64,000 nt of DNA, taken from NCBI RefSeq assembly GCF_009914755.1, contig NC_060939.1; one strand, given 5' to 3'. Every line of letters begins with the position of its first letter. Position 1 is the stretch's first letter. Both the position numbers and the translations under genes were made by a program. The notes below the pieces were generated by a model, which had not been told where the DNA came from, searched no databases, and saw nothing but the letters and a program-made list of their open reading frames with translations. Source of the stretch: the human T2T-CHM13v2.0 reference genome, Homo sapiens. Shown here piece by piece: positions 1-15,417 of the stretch.

Positions 1-7
1 TATGTAA

Positions 8-160
8 GGGTGGCTCTCAAACATGTAGTCTCCGGACCAGGAGCACCTGGGAACTTCTTATAAATGTAAATTCTCAGGCCCCACCCTAGACATGAATGAA
101 TCAGAAACTCTGCAGTAGGGCCCAGCAATCCGTGCTGCAATAATCCCTCCAGGTGCTCAG
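8..160. mobile_element. MER5A-like hAT-Charlie DNA transposon fragment
   Basis: Motifs 'cacctgggaactt..aaatgtaaattctcaggccccaccctaga..gaatcagaaactctg' are typical of MER5A; a related copy lies at ~2680-2870. Confidence 0.65.
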
Positions 161-900
161 GAACCTCTGCCATACAGCAGGTAGAAAAATGTGTTTCCTT
201 CTGTAGGGCCACAGCCAGGGATACTATACGTTCTGTCTCAATATGAAACAATGACATGCAATTAAAAGACATAAATCTCCTTCCTACTTCCACCCTCCAG
301 CCAGTGTGTTTTATTTTTATGAGTTCAATAAGAAAACGTGTGGCAATCAGAGATTTCATCTAAAAAATATATCTACAGGTATCAGTTCTCATCCAGCCTG
401 ATCTCATCCAATATCATTTCTATCCTCTTACATCTAAAGTTTTAGAAAAGGATTTTCACAACGTAAGACTCAGGCGCACTAGGAGTTCTATGATAAAAGA
501 CCAAGTAGATCTGAATGTCCAAACTTACTAGAGAAGAAAAGTGGACTCATTGGCTATATTTTCAAATTGCATTCAACAGGAAATTAAAGGTTTGAATTTT
601 TTCCACCTTCATCCTTCCAAGTTAATAGAATTAAACCAGAATACTCCATTCTTCCAAAGCCTGTAGCCAGGCAAACTTTTACTGTATTACTTCTTGCTTT
701 TCAATGGATATAAAGCAGAGTCCTGGTAGGCACATTTTGTATACCTGCAAAGATGCAAAACTAAACAGTTCCCTCGGTTCAATATTAAAACAAAAGTCCT
801 GTAAACCTCAGATGGTGAGTGTAATACTTCAGCACTAGCACGAAAGCCTCAAATATAAAAAGATACCAAGAACCTTGCTAGCAAACCAAAGTAAGCTCTT

Positions 901-1170
901 GGCCGGGAGCAGTAGTTCACGCCCGTACTCCCAGCATATTGGCAAGCTAAGGTGGGGTAAGTCAGGAGTTAAAGACCAGCCTGGGCAGCATAGCGAATTC
1001 ATATCTCTACAAAGAAAATTTAAAAATTAGCTGGGCTTGGCGGCACACACCTGTAGTCCTAGAGCTACTTGGGAGGCTGAGGTGGGAAAATCACTTGAGC
1101 CCAGAAGTTTGAGGCTGCAGTAGCTATGATCATGCCACTGCACTCCAGTTGGGGTGACAGAGCGAGATCT
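901..1170 (+). mobile_element. Alu (AluJ-like)
   Basis: Dimeric Alu, ggccggg...ggtgacagagcgaga. Confidence 0.85.
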
Positions 1171-2136
1171 AATTATTACATTCTGTCCTGCTCCTGTTTC
1201 CACTAAAATCACTAACTTAAAATGTGTTCATTCAGCAGGATAAAAATTAAGTGAAATTTGACTTTGGTGCTTTGCTAGCAAAAAATAAATAAAGTGAAAT
1301 GACAAATTACTTACTGGGAGAAGATCTTTGTAACCTCAATGACAGATTAAAGGTTTGTATCCTTAGCCTATAAAGAAATCTTTAAAATTACTCAGAAAAA
1401 AAAATGAATGATTTGCAGCAGAAAATGGGCAATGGAGAAACCAGCACTTCCCACAAGAATAAAAATGGCCAATGAGCAAATGAAAAAGATTCAAAAGCAC
1501 TAGAAATCAAAGAAAGGTAATGAAAACAATGAGATTTTCTGCTTAAAGACCAGCGAAGACGACAAATGGAAGGGGGAACCTGGAGCTCTGTCCCTGTTGG
1601 TGGGAGCATAAACTCAACCAATTTTCCTATAGGATGATTTGAACATTTCTTTTAAAAATCCTAAAACGGTTTTATATTATTTTCTTCTAGAAATTCTACT
1701 TCTATGAATTCAGTGCAAAAATCCTCACTCGAGTCCATTAAAATATATATAGAAGGAAATCCACCTCTGGGGTGGCAATGATTCACTTAACATACATCCA
1801 GCTGTTGAAAGTGATGATGCCAGGGTATATTTCTCCATAGAAACATGCTTAAAATATAGTAAGTGACAAAAGACCATGTATTGTGATTCTACTTTTTAAA
1901 ATGTTTACAGCATAAAAAGTGTGAAAAGCAACAAACCGGAATGTTTTGAGTGGCAAAATTAAAGATTTTTCTTTACATTTTGTCATCCAAATTATTACAA
2001 AAACAATGTGATTTCCTTTATAATCATGGAAAAGTGTTATTTTCATTTATTTATATTTACATTTCTTTTCTTTTTCTTCTTTTTTCTCCTGTATGTATCC
2101 CACATAGGCTACAGAGCTTAAATCCCTGCCTCTTGA

Positions 2137-2553
<417 letters not shown>

Positions 2554-3507
2554 TAAGTGAAATTTAATTCTTACTGACCTGATCTCTTATCCTCTGTTTA
2601 ATGATACCTTCCAGTTGAAAGGTGTTTCCTCTGTAATCACGGGTGCCAAAGGAAATACAACATGTATTCATTAGGTGGATATCCACTAAACCACGGATTC
2701 ATGCATTGTAGTCCTTAGACCCTCAGCATCAGAAACACGTGGGAACTTGTTAGACATGCAAATTCCTGGGCCAGCCCCACACCTCCTGAATCAGAAAGTG
2801 GGGAAGGACAGCTATCTGTGCTTTAATAAGCCTTGAGATGCTCCCTGAAGTTTGAAAACTACAGAACTAGAATACATATGGTAGTAAGTGCTCATACTTT
2901 ATCCAAGGTACTAGGGACTCTTCCCCTCTTTTCCATTCTCTTTTCTGTTGAAATAAAATGAGAGCTCCTTTTGACTTAATGGGTATAAGAAAGAAGGCAA
3001 TGAGATGACCAGGGTTTCAAGTTAGAGTTCAAAATTTAATCAGTGGACAGTGACAGGATGCAAGCCTTCTAAACAGATTGCTGCAAGGAAGCTGATTATA
3101 ATCTATACAGTAGGTATCATTAGTGTATTGATGTTAAATTTTGGGGGTGGATTAATGGTATTGTGATTATATAGGAGAAGTCCTGGTTCCTAGAAGATAT
3201 CTGCGAAAGTACTTAACAGTGAAATGCTCTGATACTGCCAACTTACTTTGAAATGATTCAGAGGGAAAAAGGGCACATATACAATCTTCCATACGCAGAA
3301 GACAGAAAACAAGTGTGACAAAACATTAACTAGTGAATCCAGTTGAATAGCATACAGATGTTCACTGTATGATTTTATCAACTTTTCTGTGTTTGCAAGT
3401 TTTCAAAATAAAAGTTGAGGGAAAGAAACATCACCCCAAATCTTTCTATGAAATGGGACCATAGAAAAAGCAGAGAAGTGAACACTTTGCAGAAAAGAGC
3501 ACTGCAC

Positions 3508-3649
3508 CCATCCGGACAGCATGGTCAAAGTGCAGGCTCTCCTCCAGGAGGCTCTTCTCTGGTCTCTTCTGTGCTGTCACTTCCCCCACATGCAGCCAAG
3601 GCTTTTTTCTAACAACTCTTTTTCTAAAGATGTAATTTTTGTCATTCAT
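3508..3649 (-). pseudogene. MPHOSPH10P: MPHOSPH10 pseudogene internal exon
   Basis: cttag|ATGAATGAC...GCTGTCCGGATGG|gtgcag; encodes GEVTAQKRPEKSLLEESLHFDHAVRM, with a frameshift near its 5' end. Confidence 0.85.
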
Positions 3650-4007
3650 CTAAGAAAGAGAAGAAAAGAATTAGTATACATTTAGAAAATAAAATTACAC
3701 TTACATTTGTGAAAAAGCAAAAAATACTTTGAAAAGTGGGGAAGCAAGAAATGTACTGTTCTACAATTCTGTTCTGTTCTTACCATCTTTTTATTCTGCC
3801 AATGACTTCCTATTCCTGCTGTGTATGGTGGGGTGAGCTGCAAATGATTTCTTTTCCTCATTGATTTAAAATCTCATGTTTATAATGTGCCAAACTCCCC
3901 CAGAAGCATTTGGGTTTATTTCTGGGCTCTATTCTATTCAAGTAATCTATCTGTTCACAAGCCACTATCAGTTTTGATTATTGGAGCATCCTAAAGTTAA
4001 GTAATTG

Positions 4008-4303
4008 TTGTTTTTGTTTTTGAGATGCAGTCTCTCACTCTGCCGCCCAGCTGGACTGCAGTGGCGTGATCTAGGCTCACTGCAAGCTCCACCTCCCGGG
4101 TTCATGGCATTCTCCTGCCTCAGCCTCCCGAGTAGCTGGGACTACAGGCACCTGCCACCACGCCTGGCTAATTTTTTGTATGTTTAGTAGAGATGGGGTT
4201 TCACCTTGTTAGCCAGGATGGTCTCGATCTCCTGACCTCGTGATCCGCCTGCCTCGGCCTCCCAAAGTGCTGGGATTACAGGCGTGAGCCACCGCGCCTG
4301 GCC
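4008..4303 (-). mobile_element. AluY abutting truncated MPHOSPH10P exon 2
   Basis: AluY diagnostics (tgcaagctcc, gttagccaggatggtctcgatctcctgacctcgtg); no TSD visible. Confidence 0.9.
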
Positions 4304-4689
4304 CTGAATTTGCTTGAGTTTTTAGCTCTCTCACCCATTTCAGGATTGTCACCACCCATATCTGACACGTCCTCCTCCTCCTCTAAATCTTCTAGGTCCT
4401 CCTGGCCATCAGCCTCTGTTTCTGAACCAGCCTCTTCATGCTCCTGTTCTTCACTCTCTGGGAGAAGACTGATATCTTCATCTTTCTTTCACTAACCGCA
4501 TTCTGGAAGCACGGTAAAATTGCTTCATTTTGCAATTCCAGTTGTTGCAAAGTCTGCTCATCATCAAAACTTTCTATCACAAGTTTTTGTAAAGAGCTGC
4601 CATGGATTCTACCATTCTCTACTGTTTTATTAAAGTCATAAAGCACTTTTGTTAAAGAAGTGAACTTTGGTTCCAATCCATCTTGAAAC
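4304..4689 (-). pseudogene. MPHOSPH10P: MPHOSPH10 pseudogene exon 2 (3'-truncated)
   Basis: ORF 4392..4676 matches the MPP10 N-terminus; acceptor cccaatag| at 4690-4691. Confidence 0.9.
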
Positions 4690-4989
4690 CTATTGGGAGG
4701 AATTAAATGAGATTTAGAATTATAGATAATAATTTCACAGCCCTCTTAATTAAAAGAAAAATAAAAACCTCAACTCTTCTGTAAAATCAAATTTGAATAA
4801 AGTGTAAGTATAGATTCTGGCCCCAACAATATATAAGCTGATGAGCCACAATGATATATAAAACCTGTCAACCAAGTATTTGTGAATCAGCTGTATAGAT
4901 TGTTGGCAGGAAAAGCATTACAAATCTATTTGCTTGGAGATATATAGTGAATTAGCCTTAAATTATCTACTCTGCTACATTATATACCA

Positions 4990-5730
4990 CTCCATTCATT
5001 CATTCCCTTATTCACTCAATGATCAACATTTGCTTTGGCTACAGTGGTCAAGGAAAACCTCTCCTAGATGTGACATCTGAGATGAAACTTACAGACAAGT
5101 ATAGTCTTATAAAGATTGGGAAACATGTATTCCAGGCGGAAGAAACAGCAAGAACAAATTCTCTAAGATGCAATTGAGCTTGGTAAGCCTGAGGAATAAA
5201 AAAGTGAGCATGGCTATAGCGTGAAGGAGGCAGAAGGTGAAGTTGGAGAGACTGATGGGAGCCAAATTCTGCAGGGCTCAAGGGTAAGAGTTTGCCGTTT
5301 TAAGTGTAATAAGAAAATGTGAGAAGATTTTAAGCAGAAGGATGAAATGATGATTTATACGAAGGAAGAAGAAAGGGAGGAAGGAGGAGGAGGAAAGTAG
5401 AGTGATTAGAAGGTTGATGCAGCATTCCAGGCAAAGGATGATGGTGATTTAAGCTGGAGTTAGAGCAGTGAATATGCTGAGTACAGTTTGGAGGTAGAAC
5501 TGACAGGATTGCTAAGGAATTAGATACAGAATAGAGAAAAGTGAAGACATCAAAATAGCAGCCTAGTTTTATGTGCGAGCAACTGGAGAGACAGAACTGC
5601 CATTTACTGTGATAGGCAAGGCTTGAGTGGTGGAGCAAGGGGAAAGGACTTCAGCGGATGGCAGAGTGTAGGTGGGTAGAAACAACATTCTACTGTATTT
5701 TGGACACAGTGAATTTGTGATGCTGAGAGG
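4990..5730 (-). mobile_element. L2 LINE fragment
   Basis: (CATT)n end followed by purine-rich, degenerate L2-like sequence. Confidence 0.55.
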
Positions 5731-6352
5731 ACCAAAATTTAAAAAATTGTTAAAAGCCGTACGGTGCAGATATCCCAGTTGTGCGCTACTGAATTCCAAC
5801 TAAGCTCAGTCTGGAGTTGCTTGTGAGCAAGGAACTCAAGGGAGAGGTTGGAGTTTGAAACATAAATGAGTCATAATTTTATAGGTCATATTTGAAGTTC
5901 TTCAACAAAATACACATAAAACGTTTGTGTTGGGAAGAGACATGAAAGTTCTAATTCTCAAGAAGCTTAGTGGGGTAGACAGACAAGTGACAAGTTTGTG
6001 CTTTCAATAAAGTATGATGGCAGGTAAACACTGAGTGCTTTAGGAGCACAGGCGGAAGGAGAAACCAACACAGTTGTGTGTAGGGGGATGGGGGCCGTAA
6101 TAAGCCTCAAGGGGAGCTTATAGGCGTGAATAACTGAGGTTAGGTTGATTTCAATAACATTCAACTGAGAGATCCATACTGTAAAAGTTTTAACAATTTT
6201 TAAAATTTTGATAGCCTAGGTCCTCTGAAATGTGGGGAAAAGTGATTTACATTTCCCCTTACCTTCCCCCAGCTCCACAATTTGCCAGGGGTCTGCAACC
6301 CGTGTCCACGTGCGACCGCAGTCGCACCCGAGCCCGGGATCTGTGCACTTAC

Positions 6353-6440
6353 GTGAGGATGCACTCGGGCCAGCCAGTGGCTTTGCCCACCTCCCTCAGA
6401 CACCGCTCCGGGGTCCGTCAGCGCCAGGCCCATGGGCCAT
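6353..6440 (-). pseudogene. MPHOSPH10P: MPHOSPH10 pseudogene exon 1 in CpG-rich promoter remnant
   Basis: ATG at 6440-6438, donor gtaagt; 6290-6510 is CpG-rich. Confidence 0.8.
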
Positions 6441-6515
6441 GGCTGTCTGCAACTCCCGACACAAGCTGCAAGGCAAGAGAGCCGCTGGGAAACCGCACCG
6501 CAAGGATGCTGGCAT

Positions 6516-6905
6516 TGGAACAGGAATTAAAAGAAATGAAAAAATGTGTAAGCAAAAACTCAGCTGTATGTAAAAAAAACCCAATTCCCCCTGAGAATGA
6601 GAAAGAGCCTTAGTCCTTTAAAAAAACTACCTGTTTTCCTATGGCTAGTGAGCCTTATCGCTCCCTTCCCAGGCATTATCAAAACCCTAATTCCCTAACT
6701 GTGCAACTGCAAGGTCACTAAACAAACAAATGCAAGTCACAAAACATATTTTTCCTAAAAACGTAAAAAAAAAAAAAACATAATGCGTGCTTCAATTAAA
6801 TAACCCTCTGTTTCTCGCTTCTGTAATATGCTTCCCCCTGCACAGATCTACCCGGGCTCCACAAAATGCTAAAAGATAACTCTTTATTCAGCTCAACGCT
6901 TTGAT
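6516..6905 (+). mobile_element. ERV1-class LTR (LTR15-like, subfamily uncertain), 3'-truncated
   Basis: Starts tggaacaggaattaaaagaaat...; homologous to the reverse complement of 39615-39927 (ctgtgcaact.caaggtcactaaacaaa..., tttctcgcttct.taatatgcttc.ccctgcacagatct). Confidence 0.75.
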
Positions 6906-6907
6906 CT

Positions 6908-9336
<2,429 letters not shown>

Positions 9337-9689
9337 TAACTGCCTTAAAATGATGATTGTTCAGAAAGTCAGTTTAATTTAGATACTAAGGATATTGAGG
9401 TTATGTAACATTTGAGCAAGTTCTAAAAAAAAAGAGAAATAGTATATTTAATTGCTAATAAAGTATTGTCAACTCACAAATATATTCACATAGCATACAT
9501 TTCAAGAGCAGAATAACCATGAATATAAAAGGAATTAGCAAAAACGAGACAAAAAAGACATGAAGAAATAAAAACAGATGGAACAAATAGCACAAAATAC
9601 GATGAAAGTTATAAAAGAAACTATGCCAACAATCACAATAAATGTAAATAGACTGAATAATTAAGAGAAAATGACTATAAAACAGAATT

Positions 9690-9980
9690 AGGGCACGCGT
9701 GGTGGCTCATGCCTGTAATCCCAGCACTTTGGGAGGATGAGGCAGGCGGAGGGATCACAAGGTCAGGAGTTCGAGAGCAGCCTGACCAACATGGTGAAAC
9801 CCCATCTCTGCTAATACAAAAATTAGCCGGCGTGGTGGTGAACATCTGTAATCCCAGTTACTCAGGAGGCTGAGGCAGGAGAATCGCTTGAATCCAGGAG
9901 GCAGAGGTTGCAGTGCCGAGATCACACCATTACACTCCAGCCTGGGCAACAGAGCAAGACTCCGTATCAAAAAAAAAAAA
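9690..9980 (+). mobile_element. AluS inserted in an old L1 fragment (~9500-10600)
   Basis: Full Alu; flanks are A-rich, L1 ORF2-like sequence. Confidence 0.8.
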
Positions 9981-11574
9981 CACACAAAAAAAACACAAAA
10001 AACAGAAAATAAACAGTATGAAAAGACATCTAAAACATAAAGTCACAGAAAGACTGAGAGAGATTGAAAAAAGATACACATGTCATATGTACCTAACCCA
10101 AAGAAGGGTTGGAAGCTATATTATTATCAGATAAAATAGGCTTTGGGCAAAAAGCAATATGGGAGATTTTTTAAGGTCACAATATGATGATAAAAATTCT
10201 AATAAACCAAGGGAGAAGGTAATCTAAAATGTTAATGTATCTAATAACTAGCACTCAAAATACATGAAAGCAAAATATGACAAAATTGCAACCCTCAGAG
10301 GGCAATTTAAATACATATCTCAGTATCTGATAAAAGAGACAAAAAACAATCAGCATAGACATAGAAGATTTACATCTCTCTAGAAAATTAACAAGCTTGA
10401 CCTAATGTAGAGAAAAAACATATCTCTCCAAAGTGACAGCATTCACCCCCCCCAAGTACATATGTACTGAGCCATAAGGAAAATCTCAACAAATTCCAAA
10501 GAAGCGGAATCATGCATCCATCTTTCTCTCTAACCATAATCTCATTAAACTAAAAACAATAATAAAAAGATAAAGTAAAAAGCCAGAAAGGCAGATGCTA
10601 AATGAGAAAGTGACAGAAAAGTTACAGATTTTGTTAAGCATACAAAGCTTCTATAGGGTAAAGCAGTCAAAGGGATATGCAAATTTACACAGAAATCCAA
10701 CCGATATAAATCCTTGAAAGATACTACATACAGATATTTCATCAGTTCTCACATGCCAAACCCAGCAAAGCCAAACTTTGGAGCCTCCCCTGCGAGCAGA
10801 CCTGCCACAGGAGGAGAGGCAGCACAAACCTCCCTTTGCAGTGAAAATGCCACATTGTGTGTGCTTCTTACCCCATCACCTCTTTGGAAGTGGCCCCACT
10901 CAGTGCTAGCTGAGAATCGCTTCCCTCATACCACTCTCAGTAGTTCACCCCAAGACACACTGGACAACTCTGTACCTGGTAAGTCATTGTGAATCCAATT
11001 AATAATGGCATTCAGAAAGTTAGGAATCTTTGAATTATTAGATTCATAGTGATATTCAAAAGAAAGAAAACGACATCATTTCTGTTCCACGCATGTTGCC
11101 CACATTCACTGCGTAAAAGGCAAAGGGAACTGTGAGTACCCACAAAGAACCTGATATTGACGGCACATACATTTCTTCATTAGGAAGAATAAATTTAGAC
11201 TGTAACAATTTAAAAAACCAGAAAATACAACTGTACATTTTAGCTCTTATTAAAATCCAAGAGGTTTAACTTATTTGCTCCTTGTTTAGGTAATTAGTGT
11301 CTAAAACATTTCAAAGATAACATATATAGTGGCTACGATTTCTAGTACTTTTTAAAAATTCAAGCCCAGTCTCTTCTAATTAAATGTATAAATGATTTAT
11401 CTCTGTCTTTCTTAAAAAGAACCAAGAGCCCCAATTAAAAAGTAAAACTTAAATTTCCTCTTAAAAAATTGTTACGTCAAAATTATCGAATAAACCATAG
11501 TTCAGAAAATAATTTCTGAATTAAGAAAATATGAATAATAAAACCAACAGTTCATGTGCTGAATTTCAAATTTT

Positions 11575-11795
11575 TATTTTTTATTATTTTTAAAATTTTG
11601 TTTTAAGTTCTAGGGTACATGTGCAGGAGTGTTACGTAGGGAAACGTGTGCCATGGTGGTTTGGTCCACCTATCAACTCATCACCTCAGTGTTAAGCCCA
11701 GCACGCATTAGCTATTTTTCCTGATGCTCCTCCCCCACCCGCCCTGACAGGCCCCAGTATGTGTTGTTTCCCTTCCTGTGTCCATGTGTTCTCAC
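11575..11795 (-). mobile_element. L1PA 3' end fragment
   Basis: ttttaagttctagggtacatgtgcag...ccctgacaggccccagt.tgtg.tgtt.ccc.tcctgtgtccatgtgttctca. Confidence 0.85.
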
Positions 11796-11813
11796 TGAAC
11801 CTCACATTTTTAA

Positions 11814-12375
11814 ATACAGCATATGCCAGGTGTCATTTCAGTACCCATGATTATACATAGTATAATTATACATAGTATATGTATATGTGTAAATATATGT
11901 ATATGTGTACATATATGTATGTAATATGTGTATGTAAATATTATGTAAATATGTATGTATGTAAGTATATATGTAAATATGTATGTGAATGTATGTAAAT
12001 ATATACACATGTAAATATGTATGGAAAAATATGTATGTAAATATATGTATGTAAATATATGTATATATATAAATGTAAAATATGTAAATATTTGTAAATG
12101 TAAAATATGTAAATGTAAAATAAATGTAGAATGTCAAATGTAAATGTAAAATGTAAAATAAATGTAAAATGTAAAATAAATGTAAAATGTAAAATAAATG
12201 TAAAATGTAAATGTAAAATATGTAAATATATGTATATGTGTAAATATATGTGTGTAAATATATATGTATATGTGTAATATATATGTATATGTGTAAATAT
12301 ATATGTATATATAACACAGCATACAGCATATGCCAGGTGTCATTTCAGTACCCATAATTATACATAGTATAATTA
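11814..12375. repeat. AT-rich simple-repeat tract flanked by 55-bp direct repeats
   Basis: atacagcatatgccaggtgtcatttcagtacccat(g/a)attatacatagtataatta at 11814-11868 and 12321-12375. Confidence 0.9.
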
Positions 12376-13034
12376 GACTACTATGTTAGCTAAAAAATGT
12401 TGATTAGATACAAATGTATAAATTTATCTTCTCTAAAAGTGGAAATTCTCTAGAGGCTATTTCCAGCTTCTGTGTGGATTGTAGAGCAGGCTGCTACCTG
12501 TACCCCAAAAATGAACACCTTAAAAAAAAGACAAGTTTCTCAGCCTCCCTATTGCACACACATATGAAAAATATGTTAAATTCAACGCCAAATATTCCTG
12601 AGATCAACACAGCAGTGATCCCAAAGAGAAAATTTCTCTTTGCTAATGGGCACAAACTTGAAGGGCAAAGCAGTGGAAGGGTAAGTCTGCAGACTCGGGT
12701 GGGGCTCAAGTCAGAATCACGTGGAAGATCATTGCCACATGTTTTTGTTTTTTTAAATAGCAAACACCACCAAGTGGAGCCCGCCGGGTTTAGTAGATAT
12801 TAAACCTCTAAGGAGTGGCACATCCGAGACTGAAATTCCCATCTTTTGATTCCCAGCTCAAGGTCTCTGAAATGCCAGCACCAGCTGTGAAATTGTTCTT
12901 CTGCATTTTCATGGAGACCTTTTCTTCTATACTGCCATACTCTTTTTTTTGGAACAGTTATACCTGATCTTCCTATTTTTGTGTGTGTTCCACCGAAAGT
13001 TTTTCACTCTAAATACTTCCCTCTTTCCAACTGA

Positions 13035-13396
<362 letters not shown>

Positions 13397-14321
13397 TCAC
13401 CATTGTTAAAATTATGGAAATCGTGTTTGCAAAGCAGCTTGGCCTGTTTGGAAAAGGGTGTCATAATTTCTCAGGTAACTCCAAAAAGAGAAAGCTACGA
13501 AAATTACTTTAATACATTCATTACAGTCCCAGTATAAGATTATAGCTTCCTCTCCCAAAGTGTAACCACAACCTGACGCAGGATGAGTTGGTTTGAAAAT
13601 ACCGCATACAATATCCTCTTGAGTAGAATCATAATTTAGAACTCTAAAATTGACCAGAAACAAAACTGTCCAAGTTTGTTTAACGTAATGTGTTTCAACT
13701 TATTTGACTAGAAAACCCTTCATTCGTGCAACACTTATAAATATCCCATGGCAAATCTAGTTTTCTATGAATAATGAACAAAACATTTATAATTTAAAAC
13801 TAAAATTGTCTTCTAAGCAGAGATCTACGTATCAATAAAATGAAGAAATAAAATTTCCATACTGTTTTCTTCCCAATACAAGGATTAGAAGGAAAGGGAA
13901 AAGAGTAACAGCGAGAATCAATAGCCCATGTCTGGCCAGGCTCCATGGCTCAATCACACCTGTAATCCCAGCAATTTCAGAAGCTGAGGCGGGAGGATCA
14001 CTGGCCTTTAGTGATCCTTGAATGAAACTCCATCTCTAAAAAATTAAAAATATTAGCTTAGAGAATCATTTGGGCCCAGGAGTTTGAGGCTGTATTGAAC
14101 TATGACTATGCTACTGCATTGCAGCCTGGGCAACAGGCTGCTTAAACCTGGAGGGGCGGAGCTTGAAGTGAGCCGAGATCGCGCCACTGCACTCCAGCCT
14201 GAGCAAAGGAGCCAGACTCCGTGGCAAAAAAAAAAAAAAAAAAGAGATTCTATTCACAATAGCAACAAAACCCTGAGAATATATCTAGCAAAGTATACAC
14301 AAGGCCTTTCATGAAGAGTAT

Positions 14322-14710
14322 TGCCATAGCCTGAATGTGTCTCCCAAAATTCATGTATTAAAACTTAATTCCCAAGATGATAGTACTAAGAAGTGGGGCC
14401 TTTAAGAAGTGATTAAGACATAGGGTGAGCCCTCATGCATGAGATTAGTGCCTTCCTTATAAAAGGGCTTGTGGGTGGTGGTAAATCTGTCCCTTCTGCC
14501 TCATGAGAACATAGCATTTGCCTGCTCCAGAGGAAGCAGCATTCAACGTACCATCTTGGAAGCAGAGACCAGGCCCTCACTAGACACTGTGTCTGCTGGA
14601 GTCTTGATCTTGTTCTTCCCAACCTCCAGAACTGAGAAAATAAACTTCTGCTCTGTGTAAATTACCCAGTCTCAGGTGTTTTGTTATAGCACTATGAAGG
14701 GACTAAGACA
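14322..14710 (+). mobile_element. MLT1A-like MaLR solo LTR
   Basis: tgccatagcctgaatgtgtctcccaaaattcatgt...tgttatagcactatgaagggactaagaca. Confidence 0.75.
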
Positions 14711-15135
14711 AATATAAAAATTACCCAGGGACTTAAAGGAAGAACTGACTAAACTGAAATACATGCCATATATATTATGAATCGTAGGACTCAATGCTAT
14801 AAACATACTACTTCTCAACAAATTAATCTATAAATTCAAGAAATTCCTACACAAATCCCAATAGAATTTTTTTGTGGAACTCGAGAGGCTGATCCTAAAA
14901 TTCATACAGTCACTTGAGGGGCCAAGAATAGTGTAACAGGGCTGGCGGGGCTGGTGGCTCACACCTGTAGTCCCAGTACTTGGGAAGTCAAGACTGGAGG
15001 ATGGTTTGAACCCAGGAGTTCAAGACCAGCCTAGGCAACATAGCAAGATGTTGTCTCAAAATATTAAAAATAAATAAATAAATAAAAAGAAGGTTAAGTA
15101 TGCACATTTTGTTGTGAATTTCAATTTTATAGTGA

Positions 15136-15417
<282 letters not shown>

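Larger units (their letters stand above)
3508..6440 (-). pseudogene. MPHOSPH10P: Unprocessed (duplicated) MPHOSPH10/MPP10 pseudogene, 5' part
   Basis: Three intron-separated segments match recalled MPP10 protein. Exon 1 at 6440-6353 reads WR*RTPERCLREVGKATGWPECILT, donor gtaagt. Exon 2 at 4689-4304 reads FQDGLEPKFTSLTKVLYDFNKTVENGRIHGSSLQKLVIESFDDEQ...[18 protein letters not shown] later exon at 3649-3508 reads MNDK...KKPWLHVGEVTAQKRPEKSLLEESLHFDHAVRM, with ag/gt ends. Stop and frameshifts are present. Confidence 0.9.

Noticed and set aside
11810-12355. Tyr/Ile/His-rich ORFs
   Set aside because: Translations of the AT microsatellite.
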